A stretch of 62,499 bases of DNA, filler included, from Actinomycetota bacterium (lineage in GTDB: Bacteria > Actinomycetota > CADDZG01 > JAHWKV01 > JAOPZY01), in the NCBI GenBank assembly GCA_025963875.1. It is 5 parts of 5 records of this genome, joined end to end, with 100 filler letters (N's around TTAATTAATTAA, not from the genome) between each part and the next. Parts side by side here need not be neighbours in the genome. Positions count along the whole stretch, not along the records: positions 16,536 to 32,780 come from JAOPZY010000220.1; positions 32,881 to 39,583 come from JAOPZY010000228.1; 3 more parts are not named here. One strand, given 5' to 3'. Of this stretch, positions 28,665 to 38,416 are shown one piece after another. Under the pieces are notes generated by a model. The model had not been told where the DNA came from. It was given only the letters and a program-made list of their open reading frames with translations, and searched no databases. Position 1 is the stretch's first letter. Each line of letters opens with the position of its first letter. A program made the translations under genes and the position numbers.

Positions 28665-30227
28665 CTACCTCCTGATATTCAGGGCCGCCACATTCGACCT
28701 CGAGGGATGCACCTGGCCTGCGGGGCCCGCCGCAAACGCATTGAGGAGGTTCCTTGTGATCTGCAGGACCACCAAGTCCGGGTGGGACCGGGGGTCCTGC
28801 CGGCACACCGCCGTGAGCTCGCACACCCACGACGTCGTGCCCGTCGAGAAGACCCCCGCCCCGCTGGGGGTCGTGTAGTAGGTCATATCGGAGAAGCTGG
28901 TCACCACGCTGGGGCAGGACACCGGTGAGTGCATGAGCACCTCGAGGTTGGAGGGAACCGGAAACGCCGGGTTCACCCGGTCGTACCAGGGCCCGATGAC
29001 GCCGGTGAGGGTGTCCCCGTCGTGCGCACCCGTGTTCTCCAGGAGCCAGGAGGAGGCGTCGACCACCACGGCGTTGGCCTTGGCCGGGTTGCACTCGAAC
29101 GACTGGCCGATCAGCGAGCTCTCCGGGAGGTTGACGGGCGGATCGCGCCAGTTGACCGTGACGAGCCCCTTGGCACTGGCGTTCAGCGGGTCCTCGTCGG
29201 CGTTCTTGTAGTCGACGACCCGGCGGTCGGGCCCGAGCGGGGAGGCCTCGAGCCGGATCTGGCGGAAGACGGCATTGGCGCCGAGGAACGCTAGGTTCAC
29301 GCCCTGGTCGCGGCCGCTCGTCGCTGCCGACCGCATCGGGCGGGTCCAGTACTCGTCGTGGCCGAGCGTGATGAGGCCCCGGTGGTTGGCCAGAAGCTGG
29401 GCACCGCGCTCGTGGAGCTCGACGTCGGTCCAGTACGTGACGTCCAGGCCGTAGGACTCGACGAAGTAGACGAGCGGGAACTCGTTGCCGAGGAAGTCCC
29501 CGGAGCCATCGCCGGCGTAGGGGCGGTCGAACGAGACGATGCGGGAGCGGCTGGCGAAGGTCTGGTCCGGACCGTTGTAGAGGTTGTAGCCACCCCAGTT
29601 GTTGTAGGCCTGCCACGTCGTGACGGCGTTCTGGATGACCAGGGCAGCGGTGGAGGAGTCGTCGACAACCGTGAGTGGCACATAGCGCTGCTGGCCACCG
29701 TCGCCCACAAGCTTGAGCAGGTAGTCGCCGGACGGCCACGCGGCGTCGATGTGGATCGTGGTGGTCGGCTTCCACTTCGCCTCGACGATGAATGTGGGGG
29801 CCTGGACCGTGGGCGTGACCTGCAGGCCCCCCCGCTGTGGCGGCGACCGCCAGATCAGGCGGCCACCGAGCCCGCCGTAGTAACCCATCCGGAAGGCTTG
29901 GACGCTGTAGCGGGCGGCCGTCGTGGACACGTACAGGTTCACGGCGTCACCGATGCGGGCGCTGACGTGGTCCGCGTAGCCCTCGATCCCCCTGGAGGCG
30001 GCGACGTCCTTGATCCGCCAGTCCGTGGTGCCGGCGTGCTGGTTCTCGGCGACAATCGGGTTGCCGGAGGCCCCAGGCAGCCCAGTCGTGGGATTGGTCC
30101 CGGCCCCCGCGGGCGGTGCCGCGTCGGTGTGGAGGAGGGCCGCGCCCACGTACCCGGCACCGATGAGGATGGCGAGGCATGCTAGGGCGGCAAGGAGCCC
30201 CTTGAGGAGGCGTGCGGAGGTGGTCAT
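28665..30227 (-). CDS. Secreted or anchored N,N-dimethylformamidase beta-subunit-like (DUF6605-type) protein
   Basis: N-terminal TM; EN...G...W, IEGYA, FRMGYYGG.GGR, TWQAYN.WGG, VSFDRPY, GHDEYW. Confidence 0.82.
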   Translation of the reverse strand: MTTSARLLKGLLAALACLAILIGAGYVGAALLHTDAAPPAGAGTNPTTGLPGASGNPIVAENQHAGTTDWRIKDVAASRGIEGYADHVSARIGDAVNLYVSTTAARYSVQAFRMGYYGGLGGRLIWRSPPQRGGLQVTPTVQAPTFIVEAKWKPTTTIHIDAAWPSGDYLLKLVGDGGQQRYVPLTVVDDSSTAALVIQNAVTTWQAYNNWGGYNLYNGPDQTFASRSRIVSFDRPYAGDGSGDFLGNEFPLVYFVESYGLDVTYWTDVELHERGAQLLANHRGLITLGHDEYWTRPMRSAATSGRDQGVNLAFLGANAVFRQIRLEASPLGPDRRVVDYKNADEDPLNASAKGLVTVNWRDPPVNLPESSLIGQSFECNPAKANAVVVDASSWLLENTGAHDGDTLTGVIGPWYDRVNPAFPVPSNLEVLMHSPVSCPSVVTSFSDMTYYTTPSGAGVFSTGTTSWVCELTAVCRQDPRSHPDLVVLQITRNLLNAFAAGPAGQVHPSRSNVAALNIRR

Positions 30228-30314
30228 CCTCCCTGCCGCAACGGCGGCCATCCGCGGATCATCGCGGGAGAGCCTACCTGGAGTGCACGAGGCTCAGAGG
30301 AGACGTGGGGGCCG

Positions 30315-31133
30315 TCAGGCCCCGGCGCCCTTGAGCACGAGATCGGTGCCGAAGGCGACGAGGAAGCCGCCCATCAGGCCCCAGACCACGATGTTCCAGG
30401 CCATCCGCCGGCCGGCGGCGAACAGCTCGCCCACGCAGTAGAGGATAGCTCCGGCTGCCAGGGCGAGGCAGCCCACGAAGGCGACCGGCGAGGTGAAGGA
30501 GGCGCCGACGACGGTGCCGAGGAAGGTAGGCCCCCCGCCGACGATGCCGGCGACCAGGAGCCAGCGCCACGGCGCCTGCACCTGGGCGGCGGCGAGCGGG
30601 CCCCCGATCCCGAACCCTTCGGTGGCGTTGTGCAGGGCGAACCCGATGATCAGCACCAGGGCGAGGCTCATGGCACCTTTCGAGGCGCTCTGCCCGATGG
30701 CCAGTCCCTCGGAGAAGTTGTGGAGCCCGATGCCGGTGGCGATCGCCATGCCGGTGCGCAGCGCCTCGGTCTGCGGCGTGGCAAGGCGCTCGGCGACCGC
30801 CATGGCGCCGGGGCCGATGCTGGACCGCCGAAGCCGGCGCTTCTGCCAGGCGGAGAGGTACACGAGGCTGAGCAGCCCGACACCGAAGCCGATCACGTAG
30901 ACGATGCCGTACCCGGCGAGATGGGCCCAGTCGCGGGCCGCAGCCGCCGCCCCGACCGGCTCGCCGGCCTGGTTGAGGATGTCGACGAGCAGAAAGATCA
31001 GGACGCCCGCCGAGGCACCGACGAGGAAGGTGCGGGTGCGCTGGCCTGCGGACCGGACCCGGGCGACGGGCAGGCCGAGGAAGATGGTGAGCCCCGCGAA
31101 GGCGCCAAGGCCGATAATCGTTGCCGTGTTCAT
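30315..31133 (-). CDS. ZIP family divalent metal transporter
   Basis: GIGLHNFSEGLAIG and ALHNATEGFGI metal motifs. Confidence 0.92.
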   Translation of the reverse strand: MNTATIIGLGAFAGLTIFLGLPVARVRSAGQRTRTFLVGASAGVLIFLLVDILNQAGEPVGAAAAARDWAHLAGYGIVYVIGFGVGLLSLVYLSAWQKRRLRRSSIGPGAMAVAERLATPQTEALRTGMAIATGIGLHNFSEGLAIGQSASKGAMSLALVLIIGFALHNATEGFGIGGPLAAAQVQAPWRWLLVAGIVGGGPTFLGTVVGASFTSPVAFVGCLALAAGAILYCVGELFAAGRRMAWNIVVWGLMGGFLVAFGTDLVLKGAGA

Positions 31134-31158
31134 TCGCCGTCCCCCCAGAGAACATCTC

Positions 31159-31224
31159 TCAGGTAGACCTAACCACATCCGTTAGGGCTGCCTAACGCTA
31201 GACCCGCGCGATCGCGTTCGTCAA
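31159..31224 (-). promoter_or_regulatory. ZIP promoter with tandem DtxR/MntR-type operators
   Basis: TTGACG-N18-TAGCGT; palindrome GTTAGG-GCTG-CCTAAC (31181-31196) and TCAGG-TAGA-CCTAAC (31159-31173). Confidence 0.7.
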
Positions 31225-31347
31225 TACGAAACAGTACGGAAATCGGTTACGAAGCCCCAGGGCCGCCAGCGCACGGGCAACCGGGTCCTGAGCCGGGGCT
31301 GTGGAGCGACTTGCGCGCGTGGGGGGAGGTCGGGTCAGACTGTCGCC

Positions 31348-32523
31348 GTGACACCACGCACCACCCCTCGGCGGACCTTCCTGACGCGGCGCCTGCTCCT
31401 GGCGGCCGTCCTGCTCGCGCTCGTGGCAGGCGGCGTCTTCTTCGTCGTGGACGGCAGCGGGGCCCACCGGGACACCCCGTCCCGGACGGCAACGGGGACC
31501 CCCGCCCGCAGCGTCACAACGCCCAGCCCGACGCCGACGCCAGTGAATGTCTACGCCAACGACGCCGCCGGCATGCTGAGCCCCAACGTCGCCGGTGTGC
31601 CGTCCCTGGTGTATGTCCCCAACACCGAATCCAACACGGTGAACGTCATCGACCCCGCCACCTACCGGATCATCTCGACCTTCCCGGTCCCCGCCCGCCC
31701 CCAGCACGTCGTGCCGTCGCCCGACATGAAGACGCTCTACGTCAACAGCGACAACGGCAACGCCCTGACCCCCATCGACCCCAGGACGGGCAAACCGGGG
31801 GCCAGCATCCCCGTCGTCGATCCCTACAACCTCTACTTCACGCCCGACGGCACCCGGGCGATCGTCGTCCCCGAGAAATTCTCCAGCCTGGACTTCCGCG
31901 ACCCGCACACCTGGGCCCTGATCAAGCGGGTCAAGCTGCCCTGCCTGTTCCCCAACCACATGGACTTCACGGCCGACGGCTCCTCACTCGTGGTGAGCTG
32001 CGAAGGCTCGGGCCAGCTTGTGCGCGTGGACGTGGCCACCATGCAGGTCGCCGGTGTCGTCCCTGCCGGGAAGTCGCCCCAGGACATCCGGCTGTCGGCA
32101 GACGGGAAGGTGTTCTACGTGGCCGACCAGGACCTCGGCGGCGTGGAGATCATGGACGCCGCCACCCTGCAGCAACTCAGCTTTCTGCCCACCGGTGCCG
32201 GGACGCACGGGATGTACCCCAGCCGGGACGCCAAGTTCCTCTACGTCTCCAACCGCCTGGCGGGGACGATCTCGGTGATCGACTACGCCTCCCGCCAGAT
32301 CGTGGCGACCTGGCCCATACCGGGCGGGAGCCCCGACATGGGCGGCGTCTCCGCCGATGGGAGCCAGCTCTGGCTTTCGGGGAGGTACAACTCCGAGATC
32401 TACGTCATCAACACGGCCACCGGGGCACTGAAGCGGATTCCCGTGGGCAAGGGGCCACACGGTCTGTGCGTGTTCCCCCAGCCCGGCAGGATCAGCCTGG
32501 GCCACACCGGCAACTACCGCTGA
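31348..32523 (+). CDS. YVTN/YncE-family beta-propeller protein, membrane anchored
   Basis: YVPN..SNTV.VID, PQHVVPS.D.KTLYV, DPYNLYFTPDG, PQPGR.SLGHTGN. Confidence 0.88.
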   Translation: MTPRTTPRRTFLTRRLLLAAVLLALVAGGVFFVVDGSGAHRDTPSRTATGTPARSVTTPSPTPTPVNVYANDAAGMLSPNVAGVPSLVYVPNTESNTVNVIDPATYRIISTFPVPARPQHVVPSPDMKTLYVNSDNGNALTPIDPRTGKPGASIPVVDPYNLYFTPDGTRAIVVPEKFSSLDFRDPHTWALIKRVKLPCLFPNHMDFTADGSSLVVSCEGSGQLVRVDVATMQVAGVVPAGKSPQDIRLSADGKVFYVADQDLGGVEIMDAATLQQLSFLPTGAGTHGMYPSRDAKFLYVSNRLAGTISVIDYASRQIVATWPIPGGSPDMGGVSADGSQLWLSGRYNSEIYVINTATGALKRIPVGKGPHGLCVFPQPGRISLGHTGNYR

Positions 32524-32603
32524 GAACCGGCCCAGCATCAACTGGGGTGAAATACCGAATCAGGGTGGCCTCGCGCGCCCAGAAGACCCCGTGGCCACGA
32601 GGA

Positions 32604-32644
32604 TAGTCCGCGATCGCGCAGATACGCGCGATAGGCGACTAACC
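32604..32644. repeat. Two-stem hairpin, family A copy
   Basis: TAGTC..ATCGCGCA-GATA-CGCGCGAT-AGG-CGACTAAC. Confidence 0.75.
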
Positions 32645-32780
32645 TAACCTCCAAGTCCACCAGCCTCGTGGGTGGCCGGCACAGGCATATGGACTTTGTC
32701 TAGAACCATGTTGTGGAGCGCACTTAAAGGTGGGGGATGTGCCCGAGTGACGGCCAGACCACGAAGACGCCGATGCTGAT

Positions 32781-32880
32781 NNNNNNNNNNNNNNNNNNNN
32801 NNNNNNNNNNNNNNNNNNNNNNNNTTAATTAATTAANNNNNNNNNNNNNNNNNNNNNNNNNNNNNNNNNNNNNNNNNNNN
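32781..32880. other. Artificial contig linker
   Basis: N/TTAATTAATTAA/N. Confidence 0.98.
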
Positions 32881-33590
32881 TCCGACAGCGGCTTCAGGTA
32901 GTTCTTCACATCGTCGACCGGGTTGCGCGCGTTGTACTCGTTCTTGGCGTCGTCCGCGTTGAGGATCGGGTTGAAGGAAGGGTTGCCACCCCGGTCCATC
33001 TGCACAAACGTGCCGTCACGAACCACGCTCACCGTCGCCCAGACTCCGATGGCAGGTCCGGCCCCCAGCACCATGTCGTTGGGGACCTCCAGGACGATGC
33101 TGAGGATGTTCTTGCCGGCGAAGGTGTCCTGGCCGGTCCACTGGAACCCGTGCAGCGCCCCTTCCGCATCGGCGAAGAACGGATCGCTTCGCATACCGAT
33201 GAACAGCCTGCACGGGCCGGCCTGCACCGGCTCGGCCGTGGCATCGAAGCCCACCGGCGTGGACTCGATGAGGACCTCACCGCCCGGGTCAGGCCGGCGA
33301 GCCTGCGAGCCGGTCGCGTAGTAGGCGGTCCCGCTTTGCGTGCCGTCCTTGGGTTCGGAGAACACGAACGTAAAGGCGCGGTCGGCTTCGGCGTCTCCGT
33401 TGTTGTCGACATTGATCCGGTACACAGCGCCCGGATAGAAGTCCGAGCCGGTCATGAACGGGTTGACATCGATGATGAACACCGTCTTGTCCTCGTCTTC
33501 CCGTGCCGGAAACAAAAAGAGATCCGTCAGGTCGAGGCGAGCATCATCGCCGGGAAACTTGAGGTTGGCGGCGCTGAAGTGGTTGGACAC
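32881..33590 (-). CDS. DUF4331 family protein (3' truncated)
   Basis: MSNHF...PGDDARLDLTDL, RSDPFFAD, DTFAGKNI.SI.LEVP, QMDRGGNP. Confidence 0.85.
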
Positions 33591-33653
33591 TGTGGCTCCT
33601 TTTGACTGCGATGGGCCGGCCGTCACCCGGCCGGAGCGAGCGTAGTCGGATCG

Positions 33654-34487
33654 TTACTTGCCGATGAAATCCAGCAGCGCCTTGTTGACCTCGTCGGCGT
33701 GCGTCCAGGGGATGTTGTGCGGGCCGCCGTCGATCGTGATGAACTCGAGGTCCTTCACCAGATCGGGCATGCGGGCAGCGGTGGCCTCGTAGGGCAGGAT
33801 CCGGTCGGCCTTCCCGTGGATGAGCAACGTCGGAACGTTGATCTTTCGCAGGTCATCGCGGAAGTCAGTCAGCCAGGAGTCCACGCAGGCCCAGGTGGCA
33901 TAGGCTGAAGCGCCGACCGCGGCGATGAAGCTGCTTTCCCAGGCCTGGTCGCTAATCCGGGTCCCGGCATAGGTGTCGACGTTGTAGAAGTTGTCCAGGA
34001 AAGCCTTGATGTAGGCGGGCCGGTCGGCGAGGACGGCCGCCTTGATCCCCTCGAAGACCGCTCGGTCGACACCCTCGGGGTTGTCGGCCGTCTTCAACAG
34101 GAACGGCGGGATGGTACCGATGAGGACCGCCTTGGCCACCCGCTCCGACCCGTACGTACCCAGGTAGCGGGTCACCTCCCCCGTGCCCATCGAGAACCCG
34201 GCCAGAATGATGTCGGTCAGGTCCAAGTGGTCGATCAGCATCCTGAGGTCGGCAGCGAAGGTGTCGTAGTCGTAGCCGGTGACGGGCTGGCTGGAGGCGC
34301 CAAAGCCACGCCGGTCGTAGGTAATGACCCGATGGCCCGCCTCCAACAGGACGTGCTCTTGCTTTTCCCAGGAGTGGCCGTTGAGCGGGTACCCGTGGAT
34401 GAGCACCACCGGCTGGCCGGTCCCATGGTCTTCGTAGTAGATCTCGATATCTGTGTTGTTTTCCTGAGCGACGGCGAGTTTGGACAT
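33654..34487 (-). CDS. Non-heme haloperoxidase-like alpha/beta hydrolase
   Basis: IYYEDHG.GQPVVLIHGYPL, YDRRGFG.S, GFSMGTGEV, GGPH. Confidence 0.93.
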   Translation of the reverse strand: MSKLAVAQENNTDIEIYYEDHGTGQPVVLIHGYPLNGHSWEKQEHVLLEAGHRVITYDRRGFGASSQPVTGYDYDTFAADLRMLIDHLDLTDIILAGFSMGTGEVTRYLGTYGSERVAKAVLIGTIPPFLLKTADNPEGVDRAVFEGIKAAVLADRPAYIKAFLDNFYNVDTYAGTRISDQAWESSFIAAVGASAYATWACVDSWLTDFRDDLRKINVPTLLIHGKADRILPYEATAARMPDLVKDLEFITIDGGPHNIPWTHADEVNKALLDFIGK

Positions 34488-34738
34488 GCGACTCCTTTCA
34501 CTGCATACGGAACTACCGGGATGCGGACAGATGCCACGTGCTCTTCATCGGTGCTGTGGTGCTGCCTTCAAACGGACACTGGAGGTTGGGATCGGACACC
34601 GGCACCGACGGTGGCGGACCCACCCGAGCACCCATCGGCTCACCTGTCGGGCGACCCCTGCGAGATGCTCGACCTCATCGGGGTACAACATGTCGGACCT
34701 CCTTTCGGGGAGAGGGGTGGCGGCAACTCCTTTGCTGG

Positions 34739-35239
34739 TTACCGACCGGGGCGCCGTGTCTTGATCTCTTGGAGGAGCCACCCGTTGCCGTCCGGATCGC
34801 TGAACGACGCCCACGAGGCATAGGAGCGACCTTGCGGGTCCGGGCCTGCCGCTCGTCCCTCGGTTCCGGCGTGATGGAAGACTCCGCCGACGTCGTGGAA
34901 CACCTCACTCACGACGACGCCGCGGCTGACCAGCTCGGCGCGGGCAACGTCGATGTCATTCGCCACGAGGATCAGGCCCTCGGCTGAGCCAGGCCTGGCT
35001 GGCGTGATGCCCGTGCCGAAGATGATCGAGCACGGAGATCCCGGGGGCGTCAGCTGGACGACCCGGAAGTCCTCACCCGAGGCGAAGTCGGCATCCAACC
35101 GCCATCCGAGCGCCCGATAGAAGCCCTTGGCCCGGTCGACATCGGACACGGGCACAACCACAACTTCGAGCCGCATGTCGACACCCCCGGCACCGGCGTG
35201 CTCGGTCGAGGTCTCGCTGTTGACGTCGATGGTGCCCAT
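34739..35239 (-). CDS. VOC/glyoxalase family protein
   Basis: LEVVVVPVSDVDRAK.FY, VVQLTPPGS.CSI, FSDPDGNGWLLQE. Confidence 0.92.
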   Translation of the reverse strand: MGTIDVNSETSTEHAGAGGVDMRLEVVVVPVSDVDRAKGFYRALGWRLDADFASGEDFRVVQLTPPGSPCSIIFGTGITPARPGSAEGLILVANDIDVARAELVSRGVVVSEVFHDVGGVFHHAGTEGRAAGPDPQGRSYASWASFSDPDGNGWLLQEIKTRRPGR

Positions 35240-35293
35240 GTGGACCTCCCTGGACTCTCGTGTGGCTTCACGCTCGCGCTCCCGGACGGCTCG

Positions 35294-35316
35294 TCGCGCC
35301 CGTGGGAGTCCCTGGT
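35294..35316 (-). promoter_or_regulatory. Candidate operator ACCAGGG-N7-CGGGCGCGA (copy 1)
   Basis: Minus-strand ACCAGGG-ACTCCCA-CGGGCGCGA upstream of the VOC operon. Confidence 0.55.
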
Positions 35317-35362
35317 CGTAGCCTGGTCCAGCGAATCCTTCGTCGGTTACGCTCTGCCGAGG

Positions 35363-38110
35363 ATGGTCGCCGAGCGCCCGCCGAAGTTCCGGGGCCGGAC
35401 CAGCGAGTGCGAAGCGCTGGACCGGCTACTGGAGAACGTGCGTCGGGGGCAAAGCGCGGTCCTTGTCATCCGTGGTGAGGCCGGCGTCGGAAAGACAGCC
35501 CTGCTTCGCTACGCCGCCCAGCAGGCTCCCGGATTTCGAGTCGCACACATTGCCGGCGTCGAAGCCGAGATGGAGCTGCCGTTCGCCGCGCTCCATCAGT
35601 TGTGCCGGCCGATGATTGACCAGCTCGATGGTCTTCCTGAGCCACAGCAGGGCGCTTTGAGGGTCGCCCTCGGCCTCTCATCCGGCGATGTTCCAGACCC
35701 CTTCCTCGTTGCGTTGGCTGTCTTGAGCTTGCTCTCCGAGGTAGCGGTAGAGCGGCCGCTCGCGTGTTTTGTGGATGACGCGCAGTGGCTCGACGGCGCC
35801 TCCGGCCAGGTCCTCGGGTTTGTGGCTCGACGGCTGCTGGCGGAGTCGGTCGCGATCGTATTCGGGGTGCGCGAGCCTAGCGGCGAACGCGAGCTTCGAG
35901 GCCTGCCGGAGTTGGTGCTCGGAGGGCTGGAAGGAGCGGATGCGCGAGCCCTGCTGGCGACCATCATCCCAGGCCGACTGGATGAGCGGGTCGCTGAACG
36001 GATCGGCACGGAGACGAGGGGCAACCCTCTTGCCTTACTGGAACTGTCGAAGGGCATGAGCGCAGCAGAGCTGGCAGGTGGCTTTGCGATTCGCGAGGCG
36101 AAGGATATTCCGGGCCGGATCAAGGACCACTATCTGGCACGCGTCAGCGCCTTCCCCAAGGCGACCCAATGTCTGATGCTCCTCGCGGCTGCCGACCCGG
36201 TAGGGGACGCCACGCTGCTCTGGCGCGCCGCTCAGACGCTCGGGATCGGGCCGGCGGCAGCGGAACCGGCTGAAACGGAGCAGCTTTTCGAGATCGGCGC
36301 TCGCGTGCGGTTTCGCCATCCGCTCGTAAGATCAGCGGTCTATCGCGCCGCCTCGGCGGGCGACCGACGGGCGGTTCACGGCGCCCTTGCAGCCGCCACC
36401 GATCCCGAGGCGGACCCCGATCGGCGAGCCTGGCATCGAGCGCACGCGGCGAACGGCCCGGACGAGGAAGTGGCGCGCGAGCTGCTCCATTGCGCGAAAG
36501 TCGCGCAGCGCCGCGGGGGCATCGCCGCCGCTGCGGCGTTCTTCGAGCGGGCGGTCGTCCTTACCCCTGACCCTGGTGACCGAGCCTCGCGAGCGCTCGC
36601 CGCCGCAGGGGCGAAGTTCGAAGCCGGGGCCTTCGAAGCTGCGGAGTCGCTGCTCTCAATCGCGGACGCCGGCCCGTTCGACGAGCTCGGGCGAGCGCAA
36701 GTCCAGCGTATGCGGGCGCAGATTGCCTTTGACCTGCGACGCGGGGGCGACGCTCCGGCCCTGCTCTTGCGCGCGGCGCAACGGCTCGAGGCCCTTGACG
36801 AGGAACTGGCCGGGGAGACCTACCTGGAGGCGCTGGTGGCCGCGATCTACGCAGGCAGTCTCGTGACCGGCACCGACACGACTTCCGTTGCCCTGGCGGC
36901 TCGCTCTGCGCCTCTGGGCGCGGAGCGGTTGTCGGCGAGCCAATTGCTGCTGTTCGGTCTGGCAACCCGCTTGACCGAAGGGTGCGCCGCGTCCGCGCCG
37001 ACGTTGACCAGAGCCCTGAGCGCCTATCGTGCTGAGGAGCGGCCCCTGGATTGGTCGTGCGTGGCCTACAACCTTGCGGCGATGGACTTGTGGGACGACC
37101 AGACGTGGTTCGAGCTGGCCTCTGGTCAGGCTCGCCTCGCGCGGTCGACGGGGACCTTGGTCTTCCTTCCTTATGCCCTCGACTACCTGGCGGGGTTCTA
37201 CATCGAAGCTGGAGAGTTCTCGCTGGCGGATGGACTGGTGGGCGAGGCCGAGGGTCTCGCTCTCGGGGTCAGAGCCCAGACCCTGCCGTTCATGCAGCTC
37301 CGGCTCGCAGCCTGGCGGGGGCAGGTTGCTCCCGCCCTGGCTCTGGTCGAGGTGATGATGCGCGGCGCCCGGGCCCGAGGCGAGGGATGCGCCATCAGCG
37401 CAGCCGATCACGGGATCGCGGTCCTCTACAACGACGTCGGCCAATACGAGCTTGCTCTGGAGGCGGCACGCAAGGCTGCCGCGGCCGACGACATCGTCAC
37501 GTCATCGTGGGCGTTGTACGAGTTGGTGGAAGCCGCCTCGAGGTGCGGTCAGCCAGAGGTCGCGCGCGGCGCGGCCGACCTCCTGTTCGAGCGCGCCAGC
37601 GCAAGCAGCACCGAGTGGGCGAAGGGCACCGTGGCGCGCTCGTGCGCGCTTGTAGAGCACGGCGCAGCAGCCGAGCAGCTCCACCGCCAGGCCATCGACT
37701 GCCTCGGCAGGTCTCGGATGGCGGCCCACCTTGCACGCGCTCGGCTGACCTACGGGGAGTGGCTGCGCCGAGAGAACCGGCGGGTCGACGCGCGCCGGCA
37801 GCTACGCGATGCGTACGACATGTTCGCCTCGATGGGCGCAGACGGATTCGCCGACCGCGCTCGACGCGAGCTGCTGGCCACGGGAGAGAAGGTGCGCAAG
37901 CGCCGAGACGACACCCGCGACGAGCTCACCCCACAGGAGGAGTACATCGCGCGGCTTGCCCGGGACGGACGGACGAACCCAGAGATTGGCGCGGAGCTGT
38001 TCATCAGCGCAAGGACCGTCGAATGGCACCTACGGAAGGTCTTCACCAAGCTCGGGATCACCTCCCGCAAGGGCCTCCAGACCGCTCTGCCCACGCGAAG
38101 GCCCCGTTAG
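35363..38110 (+). CDS. LAL/MalT-like AAA-ATPase LuxR transcriptional regulator
   Basis: Walker A GEAGVGKT, VDDAQWLD, GNPLALLEL, RFRHPLVRSAVY, C-terminal LTPQE...RTVEWHLRKVF.KL. Confidence 0.93.
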   Translation: MVAERPPKFRGRTSECEALDRLLENVRRGQSAVLVIRGEAGVGKTALLRYAAQQAPGFRVAHIAGVEAEMELPFAALHQLCRPMIDQLDGLPEPQQGALRVALGLSSGDVPDPFLVALAVLSLLSEVAVERPLACFVDDAQWLDGASGQVLGFVARRLLAESVAIVFGVREPSGERELRGLPELVLGGLEGADARALLATIIPGRLDERVAERIGTETRGNPLALLELSKGMSAAELAGGFAIREAKDIPGRIKDHYLARVSAFPKATQCLMLLAAADPVGDATLLWRAAQTLGIGPAAAEPAETEQLFEIGARVRFRHPLVRSAVYRAASAGDRRAVHGALAAATDPEADPDRRAWHRAHAANGPDEEVARELLHCAKVAQRRGGIAAAAAFFERAVVLTPDPGDRASRALAAAGAKFEAGAFEAAESLLSIADAGPFDELGRAQVQRMRAQIAFDLRRGGDAPALLLRAAQRLEALDEELAGETYLEALVAAIYAGSLVTGTDTTSVALAARSAPLGAERLSASQLLLFGLATRLTEGCAASAPTLTRALSAYRAEERPLDWSCVAYNLAAMDLWDDQTWFELASGQARLARSTGTLVFLPYALDYLAGFYIEAGEFSLADGLVGEAEGLALGVRAQTLPFMQLRLAAWRGQVAPALALVEVMMRGARARGEGCAISAADHGIAVLYNDVGQYELALEAARKAAAADDIVTSSWALYELVEAASRCGQPEVARGAADLLFERASASSTEWAKGTVARSCALVEHGAAAEQLHRQAIDCLGRSRMAAHLARARLTYGEWLRRENRRVDARRQLRDAYDMFASMGADGFADRARRELLATGEKVRKRRDDTRDELTPQEEYIARLARDGRTNPEIGAELFISARTVEWHLRKVFTKLGITSRKGLQTALPTRRPR

Positions 38111-38155
38111 CCATGTCGCGGGCAGCGGCCCCGCGGGCAGCGGCCCTGGCCTGCA

Positions 38156-38178
38156 ACCAGGGCAATACCCGGGCGCGA
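38156..38178 (+). promoter_or_regulatory. Candidate operator ACCAGGG-N7-CGGGCGCGA (copy 2)
   Basis: ACCAGGG-CAATACC-CGGGCGCGA upstream of the MIase-DUF3237 gene. Confidence 0.55.
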
Positions 38179-38416
38179 TGCCGGCTCTTCGTGCCGCACG
38201 CTTGGCCCAGCACAAGTCATAACCAGTTACCAGCGCAAGGCGCGGCCGTCGTGCCTGCACCCGATCAACGGAGATCTACGCGGTCGCCCTCAAGGCGCTG
38301 CACCGCCAGATTGGGTCCGGGCGCCAGCCGGTCGGGCACGAGATCGGGGCCGCGCCGATGTTGTCCAGATAGCGCGACGCCATCGAGTCTGAATCGGGAG
38401 CAGGAGGAGGAAGCTC

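Noticed and set aside
7413..32644. Hairpins as integron attC sites
   Set aside because: AAC/GTT lie at the outer stem ends rather than in the RYYYAAC/GTTRRRY R-box layout, and there is no integrase or cassette array.
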